DNA from: Balanoglossus misakiensis
Lineage: Eukaryota > Animalia > Hemichordata
Length of the DNA stretch: 64,000 nt
Direction of reading: 5' to 3'
NCBI GenBank assembly: GCA_040954595.2
Contig: CM082578.2
Location: 6,247,519-6,311,518 of the forward strand
Part shown: positions 36,201 through 49,741 of the stretch, one piece after another
How the letters are laid out: each line of letters begins with the position of its first letter
How positions within the stretch are numbered: position 1 is the stretch's first letter
Translations under genes and position numbers: made by a program
Notes under the pieces: model-generated
What the model saw: only the letters and a program-made list of their open reading frames with translations
What the model was told of the DNA's origin: nothing
The model's database searches: none

Positions 36201-39200
36201 TATAACCCATGATTTTTTCAAAAATCGACGAAATTTTGAAATTTCGCAAAGTCGAAAAATTGTCATTTTCTGATGATTTTCATGAGCTATAACCCATGAT
36301 TTTTTTCAAAAATCGACGAAATTATCAGATTTCGCAAGGTCAAAAAATTGTCATTTTCTGATGATTTTCATGAGCAATAACCCATGATTTTTTTCAAAAA
36401 TCGACGAAATTTTGAAATTTCGCAAAGTCGAAAAATTGTCATTTTCTGATGATTTTCATGAGCTATAACCCATGATTTTTTTCAAAAATCGACGAAATTT
36501 TCAGATTTCGCAAAGTCGAAAAATTGTCATTTTCTGATGATTTTCATGAGCTATAACCCATGATTTTTTTCAAAAATCGACGAAATTTTGAAATTTCGCA
36601 AAGTCGAAAAATATTTATTTTCTGATGATTTTCATGAGCTATAACCCGTGATTTTTTTCGAAAATCGACGAAATTTTCAGATTTCGCAAAGTCAAAAAAT
36701 TGTCATTTTCTGATGATTTTCATGAGCAATAACCCATGATTTTTTTCAAAAATCGACGAAATTTTCAGATTTCGCAAAGTCGAAAAATTGTCATTTTCTG
36801 ATGATTTTCATGAGCTATAACCCATGATTTTTTTCAAAAATCGACGAAATTTTGAAATTTCGCAAAGTCGAAAAATATTTATTTTCTGATGATTTTCATG
36901 AGCTATAACCCATGATTTTTTTCAAAAATCGACGAAATTTTCAGATATCGCAAAGTCGAAAAATTGTCATTTTCTGTTGATTTTCTTGAGCTATAACCCA
37001 TGATTTTTTTCAAAAATCGACGAAATTTTGAAATTTCGCAAAGTCGAAAAATTGTCATTTTCTGATGATTTTCATGAGCTATAACCCATGATTTTTTCAA
37101 AAATCGGCGAAATTTTCAGATTTCGCAAAGTCGAAAAATTGTCATTTTCTGATGATTTTCATGAGCTATAACCCATGATTTTTTTCAAAAATTGACGAAA
37201 TTTTGAAATTTCGCAAAGTCGAAAAATTGTTATTTTCTGATGATTTTCATGAGCTATAACCCATGATTTTTTTCAATAATCGACGAAATTTTCAGATTTC
37301 GCAAAGTCGAAAAATTATCATTTTCTGATGATTTTCATGAGCTATAACCCATGATTTTTTTCAAAAATCGACGAAATTTTCAGATTTCGCAAAGTCGAAA
37401 AATTATCATTTTCTGATGATTTTCATGAGCTATAACCCATGATTGTTTTCAAAAATCGACAAAATTTGAAATTTCGCAAAGTCGAAAAATTGTCATTTTC
37501 TGATGATTTTCATGAGCTATAACCCATGATTGTTTTCAAAAATCGACGAAATTTTCAGATTTCGCAAAGTCGAAAAATTGTCATTTTCTGTTGATTTTCA
37601 TGAGCTATAACCCATGCTTTTTTTCAAAAATCGACGAAATTTTCAGATTTCGCAAAGTCAAAAAATTGTCATTTTCTGATGATTTTCATGAGCAATAACC
37701 CATGATTTTTTTCAAAAATCGACGAAATTTTCAGATTTCGCAAAGTCGAAAAATTGTCATTTTCTGATGATTTTCATGAGCTATAACCCATGATTTTTTT
37801 CAAAAATCGACGAAATTTTGAAATTTCGCAAAGTCAAAAAATTGTCATTTTCTGATGATTTTCATGAGCTATAACCCATGATTTTTTCAAAAATCGACGA
37901 AATTTTGAAATTTCGCAAAGTCGAAAAATTGTCATTTTCTGATGATTTTCATGAGCTATAACCCATGATTTTTTTCAAAAATCGACGAAATTATCAGATT
38001 TCGCAAGGTCAAAAAATTGTCATTTTCTGATGATTTTCATGAGCAATAACCCATGATTTTTTTCAAAAATCGACGAAATTTTGAAATTTCGCAAAGTCGA
38101 AAAATTGTCATTTTCTGATGATTTTCATGAGCTATAACCCATGATTTTTTTCAAAAATCGACGAAATTTTCAGATTTCGCAAAGTCGAAAAATTGTCATT
38201 TTCTGATGATTTTCATGAGCTATAACCCATGATTTTTTTCAAAAATCGACGAAATTTTGAAATTTCGCAAAGTCGAAAAATATTTATTTTCTGATGATTT
38301 TCATGAGCTATAACCCGTGATTTTTTTCGAAAATCGACGAAATTTTCAGATTTCGCAAAGTCAAAAAATTGTCATTTTCTGATGATTTTCATGAGCAATA
38401 ACCCATGATTTTTTTCAAAAATCGACGAAATTTTCAGATTTCGCAAAGTCGAAAAATTGTCATTTTCTGATGATTTTCATGAGCTATAACTCATGATTTT
38501 TTTCAAAAATCGACGAAATTTTGAAATTTCGCAAAGTCGAAAAATTGTTATTTTCTGATGATTTTCATGAGCTATAACCCATGCTTTTTTTGTAAAATAG
38601 ACGAAATTTTCAGATTTCGCAAAGTCGAAAAATTATCATTTTCTGATGATTTTCATGAGCTATAACCCATGATTGTTTTCAAAAATCGACGAAATTTTCA
38701 GATTTCGCAAAGTCAAAAAATTATCATTTTCTGATGATTTTCATGAGCTTTAACCCATGATTGTTTTCAAAAATCGACGAAATTATCAGATTTCGTAAGG
38801 TCAAAAAATTGTCATTTTCTGATGATTTTCATCAGCAATAACCCATGATTTTTTTCAAAAATCGACGAAATTTTGAAATTTCGCAAAGTCGAAAAATTGT
38901 CATTTTCTGATGATTTTCATGAGCTATAACCCATGATTTTTTTCAAAAATCGACGAAATTTTCAGATTTCGCAAAGTCGAAAAATTGTCATTTTCTGATG
39001 ATTTTCATGAGCTATAACTCATGATTTTTTTCAAAAATCGACGAAATTTTGAAATTTCGCAAAGTCGAAAAATTGTTATTTTCTGATGATTTTCATGAGC
39101 TATAACCCATGCTTTTTTTTTAAAATAGACGAAATTTTCAGATTTCGCAAAGTCGAAAAATTATCATTTTCTGATGATTTTCATGAGCTATAACCCATGA

Positions 39201-42200
39201 TTTTTTTCAAAAATCGACGAAATTTTCAGATTTCGCAAAGTCGAAAAATTATCATTTTCTGATGATTTTCATGAGCTATAACCCATGATTGTTTTCAAAA
39301 ATCGACGAAATTTTCAGATTTCGCAAAGTCGAAAAATTGTCATTTTCTGTTGATTTTCATGAGCTATAACCCATGCTTTTTTTCAAAAATCGACGAAATT
39401 TTGAAATTTCGCAAAGTAGAAAAATTGTCATTTTCTGATGATTTTCATAAGCTATAACCCATGATTTTTTTCAAAAATCGACGAAATTTTCAGATTTCGC
39501 AAAGTCGAAAAATTGTCATTTTCTGATGATTTTCATGAGCTATAACCCATGATTGTTTTCAAAAATCGACAAAATTTGAAATTTCGCAAAGTCGAAAAAT
39601 TGTCATTTTCTGTTGATTTTCATGAGCTATAACCCATGATTTTTTTCAAAAATCGACGAAATTTTGAAATTTCGCAAAGTAGAAAAATTGTCATTTTCTG
39701 ATGATTTTCATGAGCTATAACCCATGATTTTTTTCAAAAATCGACGAAATTTTGAAATTTCGCAAAGTCGAAAAATTGTCATTTTCTGATGATTTTCATG
39801 AGCTATAACCCATGATTTTTTCAAAAATCGACGAAATTTTGAAATTTCGCAAAGTCGAAAAATTGTCATTTTCTGATGATTTTCATGAGCTATAACCCAT
39901 GATTTTTTTCAAAAATCGACGAAATTTTGAAATTTCGCAAAGTCAAAAAATTGTCATTTTCTGATGATTTTCATGAGCTATAACCCATGATTTTTTCAAA
40001 AATCGACGAAATTTTGAAATTTCGCAAAGTCGAAAAATTGTCATTTTCTGATGATTTTCATGAGCTATAACCCATGATTTTTTTCAAAAATCGACGAAAT
40101 TATCAGATTTCGCAAGGTCAAAAAATTGTCATTTTCTGATGATTTTCATGAGCAATAACCCATGATTTTTTTCAAAAATCGACGAAATTTTGAAATTTCG
40201 CAAAGTCGAAAAATTGTCATTTTCTGATGATTTTCATGAGCTATAACCCATGATTTTTTTCAAAAATCGACGAAATTTTCAGATTTCGCAAAGTCGAAAA
40301 ATTGTCATTTTCTGATGATTTTCATGAGCTATAACCCATGATTTTTTTCAAAAATCGACGAAATTTTGAAATTTCGCAAAGTCGAAAAATATTTATTTTC
40401 TGATGATTTTCATGAGCTATAACCCGTGATTTTTTTCGAAAATCGACGAAATTTTCAGATTTCGCAAAGTCAAAAAATTGTCATTTTCTGATGATTTTCA
40501 TGAGCAATAACCCATGATTTTTTTCAAAAATCGACGAAATTTTCAGATTTCGCAAAGTCGAAAAATTGTCATTTTCTGATGATTTTCATGAGCTATAACC
40601 CATGATTTTTTTCAAAAATCGACGAAATTTTGAAATTTCGCAAAGTCGAAAAATATTTATTTTCTGATGATTTTCATGAGCTATAACCCATGATTTTTTT
40701 CAAAAATCGACGAAATTTTCAGATATCGTAAAGTCGAAAAATTGTCATTTTCTGTTGATTTTCTTGAGCTATAACCCATGATTTTTTTCAAAAATCGACG
40801 AAATTTTGAAATTTCGCAAAGTCGAAAAATTGTCATTTTCTGATGATTTTCATGAGCTATAACCCATGATTTTTTCAAAAATCGGCGAAATTTTCAGATT
40901 TCGCAAAGTCGAAAAATTGTCATTTTCTGATGATTTTCATGAGCTATAACCCATGATTTTTTTCAAAAATTGACGAAATTTTGAAATTTCGCAAAGTCGA
41001 AAAATTGTTATTTTCTGATGATTTTCATGAGCTATAACCCATGATTTTTTTCAATAATCGACGAAATTTTCAGATTTCGCAAAGTCGAAAAATTATCATT
41101 TTCTGATGATTTTCATGAGCTATAACCCATGATTTTTTTCAAAAATCGACGAAATTTTCAGATTTCGCAAAGTCGAAAAATTATCATTTTCTGATGATTT
41201 TCATGAGCTATAACCCATGATTGTTTTCAAAAATCGACAAAATTTGAAATTTCGCAAAGTCGAAAAATTGTCATTTTCTGATGATTTTCATGAGCTATAA
41301 CCCATGATTGTTTTCAAAAATCGACGAAATTTTCAGATTTCGCAAAGTCGAAAAATTGTCATTTTCTGTTGATTTTCATGAGCTATAACCCATGCTTTTT
41401 TTCAAAAATCGACGAAATTTTGAAATTTCGCAAAGTAGAAAAATTGTCATTTTCTGATGATTTTCATAAGCTATAACCCATGATTTTTTTCAAAAATCGA
41501 CGAAATTTTCAGATTTCGCAAAGTCGAAAAATTGTCATTTTCTGATGATTTTCATGAGCTATAACCCATGATTGTTTTCAAAAATCGACAAAATTTGAAA
41601 TTTCGCAAAGTCGAAAAATTGTCATTTTCTGTTGATTTTCATGAGCTATAACCCATGATTTTTTTCAAAAATCGACGAAATTTTGAAATTTCGCTAAGTA
41701 GAAAAATTGTCATTTTCTGATGATTTTCATGAGCTATAACCCATGATTTTTTTCAAAAATCGACGAAATTTTGAAATTTCGCAAAGTCGAAAAATTGTCA
41801 TTTTCTGATGATTTTCATGAGCTATAACCCATGATTTTTTCAAAAATCGACGAAATTTTGAAATTTCGCAAAGTCGAAAAATTGTCATTTTCTGATGATT
41901 TTCACGAGCTATAACCCATGATTTTTTTCAAAAATCGACGAAATTATCAGATTTCGCAAGGTCAAAAAATTGTCATTTTCTGATGATTTTCATGAGCAAT
42001 AACCCATGATTTTTTTTCAAAAATCGACGAAATTTTGAAATTTCGCAAAGTCGAAAAATTGTCATTTTCTGATGATTTTCATGAGCTATAACCCATGATT
42101 TTTTTCAAAAATCGACGAAATTTTGAAATTTCGCAAAGTCGAAAAATATTTATTTTCTGATGATTTTCATGAGCTATAACCCATGATTTTTTTCGAAAAT

Positions 42201-45200
42201 CGACGAAATTTTCAGATTTCGCAAAGTCAAAAAATTGTCATTTTCTGATGATTTTCATGAGCAATAACCCATGATTTTTTTCAAAAATCGACGAAATTTT
42301 CAGATTTCGCAAAGTCGAAAAATTGTCATTTTCTGATGATTTTCATGAGCTATAACCCATGATTTTTTTCAAAAATCGACGAAATTTTGAAATTTCGCAA
42401 AGTCAAAAAATTGTCATTTTCTGATGATTTTCATGAGCTATAACCCATGATTTTTTCAAAAATCGACGAAATTTTGAAATTTCGCAAAGTCGAAAAATTG
42501 TCATTTTCTGATGATTTTCATGAGCTATAACCCATGATTTTTTTCAAAAATCGACGAAATTATCAGATTTCGCAAGGTCAAAAAATTGTCATTTTCTGAT
42601 GATTTTCATGAGCAATAACCCATGATTTTTTTCAAAAATCGACGAAATTTTGAAATTTCGCAAAGTCGAAAAATTGTCATTTTCTGATGATTTTCATGAG
42701 CTATAACCCATGATTTTTTTCAAAAATCGACGAAATTATCAGATTTCGCAAGGTCGAAAAATTGTCATTTTCTGATGATTTTCATGAGCTATAACCCATG
42801 ATTTTTTTCAAAAATCGACGAAATTTTGAAATTTCGCAAAGTCGAAAAATATTTATTTTCTGATGATTTTCATGAGCTATAACCCGTGATTTTTTTCGAA
42901 AATCGACGAAATTTTCAGATTTCGCAAAGTCAAAAAATTGTCATTTTCTGATGATTTTCATGAGCAATAACCCATGATTTTTTTCAAAAATCGACGAAAT
43001 TTTCAGATTTCGCAAAGTCGAAAAATTGTCATTTTCTGATGATTTTCATGAGCTATAACCCATGATTTTTTTCAAAAATCGACGAAATTTTGAAATTTCG
43101 CAAAGTCGAAAAATATTTATTTTCTGATGATTTTCATGAGCTATAACCCATGATTTTTTTCAAAAATCGACGAAATTTTCAGATATTGCAAAGTCGAAAA
43201 ATTGTCATTTTCTGTTGATTTTCTTGAGCTATTTTTTTCAAAAATCGACGAAATTTTGAAATTTCGCAAAGTCGAAAAATTGTCATTTTCTGATGATTTT
43301 CATGAGCTATAACCCATGATTTTTTCAAAAATCGGCGAAATTTTCAGATTTCGCAAAGTCGAAAAATTGTCATTTTCTGATGATTTTCATGAGCTATAAC
43401 CCATGATTTTTTTCAAAAATTGACGAAATTTTGAAATTTCGCAAAGTCGAAAAATTGTTATTTTCTGATGATTTTCATGAGCTATAACCCATGATTTTTT
43501 TCAATAATCGACGAAATTTTCAGATTTCGCAAAGTCGAAAAATTATCATTTTCTGATGATTTTCATGAGCTATAACCCATGATTTTTTTCAAAAATCGAC
43601 GAAATTTTCAGATTTCGCAAAGTCGAAAAATTATCATTTTCTGATGATTTTCATGAGCTATAACCCATGATTGTTTTCAAAAATCGACAAAATTTGAAAT
43701 TTCGCAAAGTCGAAAAATTGTCATTTTCTGTTGATTTTCATGAGCTATAACCCATGCTTTTTTTCAAAAATCGACGAAATTTTGAAATTTCGCAAAGTAG
43801 AAAAATTGTCATTTTCTGATGATTTTCATAAGCTATAACCCATGATTTTTTTCAAAAATCGACGAAATTTTGAAATTTCGCAAAGTCGAAAAATTGTCAT
43901 TTTCTGATGATTTTCATGAGCTATAACCCATGATTTTTTCAAAAATCGACGAAATTTTCAGATTTCGCAAAGTCGAAAAATTATCATTTTCTGATGATTT
44001 TCATGAGCTATAACCCATGACTTTTTTCAAAAATCGACGAAATTTTCAGATATCGCAAAGTCGAAAAATTGTCATTTTCTGTTGATTTTCTTGAGCTATA
44101 ACCCATGATTTTTTTCAAAAATCGACGAAATTTTGAAATTTCGCAAAGTCGAAAAATTGTCATTTTCTGATGATTTTCATGAGCTATAACCCATGATTTT
44201 TTCAAAAATCGGCGAAATTTTCAGATTTCGCAAAGTCGAAAAATTGTCATTTTCTGATGATTTTCATGAGCTATAACCCATGATTTTTTTCAAAAATTGA
44301 CGAAATTTTGAAATTTCGCAAAGTCGAAAAATTGTTATTTTCTGATGATTTTCATGAGCTATAACCCATGATTTTTTTCAAAAATCGACGAAATTTTCAG
44401 ATTTCGCAAAGTCGAAAAATTATCATTTTCTGATGATTTTCATGAGCTATAACCCATGATTTTTTTCAAAAATCGACGAAATTTTCAGATTTCGCAAAGT
44501 CGAAAAATTGTCATTTTCTGATGATTTTCATGAGCTATAACCCATGATTGTTTTCAAAAATCGACAAAATTTGAAATTTCGCAAAGTCGAAAAATTGTCA
44601 TTTTCTGTTGATTTTCATGAGCTATAACCCATGCTTTTTTTCAAAAATCGACGAAATTTTGAAATTTCGCAAAGTAGAAAAATTGTCATTTTCTGATGAT
44701 TTTCATAAGCTATAACCCATGATTTTTTTCAAAAATCGACGAAATTTTGAAATTTCGCAAAGTCGAAAAATTGTCATTTTCTGATGATTTTCATGAGCTA
44801 TAACCCATGATTTTTTCAAAAATCGACGAAATTTTCAGATTTCGCAAAGTCGAAAAATTATCATTTTCTGATGATTTTCATGAGCTATAATCCATGATTT
44901 TTTCAAAAATCGACAAAATTTGAAATTTCACAAAGTCGAAAAATTGTCATTTTCTGACCATTTTCATGAGCTATAACCCATGATTTTTTTCAAAAATCGA
45001 CGAAATTTTGAAATTTCGCAAAGTCGAAAAATTGTCATTTTCTGATGATTTTCATGAGCTATAACCCATGATTTTTTTCGAAAATCGACGAAATTTTCAG
45101 ATTTCGCAAAGTCAAAAAATTGTCATTTTCTGATGATTTTCATGAGCAATAAACCATGATTTTTTTCAAAAATCGACGAAATTTTCAGATTTCGCAAAGT

Positions 45201-46160
45201 CGAAAAATTGTCATTTTCTGATGATTTTCATGAGCTATAACCCATGATTGTTTTCAAAAATCGACAAAATTTGAAATTTCGCAAAGTCGAAAAATTGTCA
45301 TTTTCTGATGATTTTCATGAGCTATATAACCCATGATTCTTTCAAAAATCGGCGAAATTTTCAGATTTCGCAAAGTCGAAAAATTGTCATTTTCTGATGA
45401 TTTTCATGAGCTATAACCCATGATTTTTTCAAAAATCGGCGAAATTTTCAGATTTCGCAAGGTCAAAAAATTGTCATTTTCTGATGATTTTCATGAGCTA
45501 TAACCCATGATTGTTTTCAAAAATCGACGAAATTTTCAGATTTCGCAAAGTCGACAAATTGTCATTTTCTGATGATTTTCATGAGCAATAACCCATGATT
45601 TTTTTCAAAAATCGACGAAATTTTCAGATTTCGCAAAGTCGAAAAATTGTCATTTTCTGATGATTTTCATGAGCTATACCCCATGATTGTTTTCAAAAAT
45701 CGACAAAATTTGAAATTTCGCAAAGTCGAAAAATTGTCATTTTCTGATGATTTTCATGAGCTATAACCCATGATTTTTTTCAAAAATCGACGAAATTTTC
45801 AGATTTCGCAAAGTCGAAAAATTGTCATTTTCTGATGATTTTCATGAGCTATAACCCATGATTTTTTCAAAAAAAGACAAAATTTGAAATTTCGCAAAGT
45901 CGAAAAATTGTCATTTTCTGATGATTTTCATGAGCTATATAACCCATGATTTTTTTCAAAAATCGGCGAAATTTTCAGATTTCGCAAAGTCGAAGAATTG
46001 TCATTTTCTGATGATTTTCATGAGCTATAACCCATGATTTTTTTCAAAAATCGACGAAATTTTCAGATTTCGCAAAGTCGAAAAATTGTCATTTGCTGAT
46101 GATTTTCATGAGCTATAACCCATGATTTTTTCAAAAATCGGCGAAATTTTCCGATTTCGC
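33291..46160. repeat. 88-bp AT-rich satellite DNA array, about 146 monomers
   Basis: Consensus TTCATGAGCTATAACCCATGATTTTTTTCAAAAATCGACGAAATTTT(CAG/GAA)ATTTCGCAAAGTCGAAAAATTGTCATTTTCTGATGATT. First units start at 33291 and 33379, head-to-tail with no spacers. Confidence 0.98.
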
Positions 46161-49100
46161 TATTAAAATGGCTTCACATATCTTCGAAGGCGTTCCTCTG
46201 GTCTCCGGGAAGTAGCTATGGACAAATGTATTTGGCGTCACGCAATGATATCGGGATTCTTCAAGTCTAAAACATGTGTTCTGCACTGGTGAAAGGTCGC
46301 TTGGAAAGGGTAAGGGCGGCTTCATTCTAGATAAAGCCGATAATACAGTCCTCGCACGATAAAAATGTCGCCGAAACTGATCGATTTCTTCTTATTAACG
46401 GTAACAGCGCAGGGCAATTTGGTCGTTATACGTACAATTATAAATCGGGAGCATTTCCAAGATGAGGTCATTAACTGATAAAGGAATATCTTGCAAGTAA
46501 GATAAGAATGGCGTGCAGGTACATGTATGTGCACAATCAATGTCGGACGCAAAAAGTTCAGGATTACTATGAAAACGGACAATCACCGGAGAATAAGAAT
46601 TGTAACAACATAGTAATGCATAATAAATGCGTTTAAAGGTGTACCGTGAAGACGTGATGGTGCACATTTCCGTGTGACTACCCAGTAAAATTGGCTATAT
46701 CTCAACTTTTCATGGAGACTGCGGCCATGTTTGCACAAATGGCTGTTTACATGTACATGTAATATCTAGTTAGAAAGTTTTGTTAAAGGGAGTTCATTTT
46801 CTGCAATATCGATCAACTTGTAGACCTTTCAAGAACTTTTTGTCTGAACGGTAAACCGCATGTGTTTTTACAGCCTTGAGATCTACCACTACGGCCGGAC
46901 TGGATGCGTCGTTTTCTGGAGTGAACTCGCTTTTGCAGTAGGAACGGCGTGTATGTCGTTCTAGGCAATGTGCAGAATGTATTGCATGATCTGCCATCAA
47001 AAGCTATACTTCCGCGAGACACGTACACTACGTTCGTTGCTCGAGGGTAGAATTTTTGCTGTGAAACTATAGTAATTGACGGAGATGGAATTATTTTTTT
47101 TAAAACTTTGCCGTGAACCATAAATAAAGCTTGTTTAATACGGACATGAAGAATGCGAATGCAAAAATCTACAAAAATTCCAGCGTTGACTACAGACAAT
47201 CTACGGAAAATGCAGCCGTGTTGCCTATACCTACATTTGTGTACACTACGTTTATTGACCGTACCAGCGAGCACTTGTGTTAGCCTGAGGGTAATACGTG
47301 GCAATTTTTCACAATCACAGTCCGGTAACCCTTTGATGAGAACGAAGTGCCGATCTTTAATGACCTGTTACGAGTGATAGGCTATGATCAAGCAGGTCGC
47401 AGGGTCAAATGCCCTCCCTTATTTAATCGATCTTGGAAATTGACTTACTTATCACATCAAACTCGTGATACTTACTGTTGCCAAGGTGAACGCGTCAAAA
47501 GAATGATTATTTTTTTCTGATCTCCTCTTCAAAATTGTTATTTATCGGTTTATGTGCGATCACCCAAGGCTGTGGTTGGTGCGCCGGACTTTGGAATTAT
47601 GTACAGTAATGAATACCACATTTTCGTGTGATTGGATATAAAGAATCTATGGCACGAATAACCATGGGGTGCTAACCTTATAACATTACATACGCAGATC
47701 ACATTGAGTATTGCACACTGCAGAACTAAACTGATCAATTGAAAACTGGTAATGATTATGTCTTTGAAAGGTAGATTTATATAAGAAGGCTTCTCGTAAT
47801 TGTATTCTTTGGCTATCACCGCCAGTTGCGCGATTAGATTGCGATTCGTCCAACTCAAATTGATACAAATTATACCCTGCCATTAGCGCAAACCATTCCA
47901 GTTGGTGAAAGTATGCACGTAAGCAACGGACTCCACATGGCAGTTCCCGGACTCAACTTCACAGGTTGAAATAGAGCCACTGTGCCCATTTTCTTGATAT
48001 ACCCCCCCCCCCCCCCAGGGTAATGAAGCCTTACATTTGTAATGAATGGTTATGTCGCGTGTAATTGGAAGGTACTTTCACTCTCGCTATTTTAACATAC
48101 GGTCATATAAACTGGTATCAACGCAAGTACCATTGACAGGAGCGAGGCGCAAGTCCGGATCACCGAAATGAGCAGAACAATATGCGCTTCTTCCGCCCAT
48201 TAAAAGACGATGCATCTCCGCCTGCCTCCATAGTACTCGTAAAACGATGTAAGCGTATGTCTAAAAATACGCCCACTTTTAAAACGCACGGTCTTCCGAA
48301 AGTGCAATATGTTCTTATACATTACTTTATTTTCAGTGACATGAGGCCACAATATTAACCCATCGGTAAGTATTCTGTCGTTTTTTTTTTTCAAACAGGA
48401 GCTGCAGAAAAATTGCACGTGTGTAAATGCAGGTCGCTCGAACTCCGCTCAGCTGTCTACATGTCCATGTTTCTCAGGCTTTTTGCCGGGAGAATCTCTT
48501 TGTGAAATATGCGCCTTGACGCGGTATTCGAGGTTTTGATTACAAACTCAGACACCTCTGACTTAAACTGACAATGCACGAGCACCTTAGCGAAGATTTG
48601 CTATCATCTCGTGCTTTTCTTACGTCAGCCGCTCGTGTAGTGTCTGGCCACCATGTTTTCCCCTCCCTGGGCATACTAACATTCATCTAAGGCGCCAACA
48701 TTTAATTTGCCCCCGGCATTCAAGAGACTTCTCTCGGCCCAGACTCAGTAATAAGCTCCGCCGTTCAGTTGTTATCCACATTTGCGAAAGACGACTAACC
48801 GAGTCGTAACAAGAAACCTTTTTTTATGTTTGAAAGTCTTCGTGAATGAAGTGCGCTTTCTCTCTCGGTCTTCAGGTAAGATTGTGACGTGTGGCGCATG
48901 CGTGTAACATTTTTTTCTGCTATAATTGAATTCGTGTGACTGTTACGGCAATATGGACATGGCAAGGCCGTAATTCACGGTTTTATTCGCACCCAGTAAG
49001 AATGCTCCAAACGCATTGCAATAAGAGTACCCCCTCTCTAATGCTATCAAGTGGAATGGGTTATTCGTGAAAAATAGCTGAAGTAATCAACTGGTTGTTA

Positions 49101-49581
49101 TTACATGCACAAAAGGGTTCAATACTTTGTTATGATGATCTTTTTCTGCAATGACTTTGAGTAATAAAGTCAAATGGAAACTGCTTGAATGGCAAAAAAT
49201 CCAAACATGTAGGCAAGATTTAAATTACATGTACGTTTTAGTATTACCAAGTACTTGCCCACTGGCTTGTATTGAACAACGCGAATATGTCCACTTACAG
49301 ATTATTAGGCTCTGAGGAAAGTTTATAGTAAATGGCTCTGTTTAATTGGTTTGTAATACGACATCATGTCCAACTGATAAAAAGCGAATTGCCTTGTCCA
49401 CAATCAAATAGAAATGTGACAAATAAAATATGCTCATATTAAGTGGCGGAACAAGGTCTCTAGGATGAATAAGCGTATCCAGCTAACAGACTACTGTTCT
49501 ATTCATTACGGGGGATTTCTTTCGATTAGCAAGAAATCTGGCAGCTATAGCCTGTGAATAATATTTGACATCGTTAAATAT

Positions 49582-49741
49582 ATTGTGGTGTGTTGTGTCG
49601 TGTTGTGTTGTGTTGTGTTGTGTTGTGGTGTGTTGTGTCGTGTCGTGTCGTGTTGTGTTGTGTTGTGTTGTGTTGTGTTGTGTTGTGTTGTGTCGTGTCG
49701 TGTCGTGTCGTGTCGTGTTGTGTTGTGTTGTGTTGTGTTGT
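49582..49741. repeat. (TGTTG/TGTCG)n pentanucleotide microsatellite
   Basis: Direct reading; explains the HNTTQ and CCVVL ORFs. Confidence 0.95.

Noticed and set aside
33291-46160. CRISPR array or repeat-protein gene (65-aa MKKSWVIAHEN ORFs)
   Set aside because: Monomers abut with no unique spacers, no cas genes are present and the context is eukaryotic. The ORFs are chance stop-free stretches of satellite.
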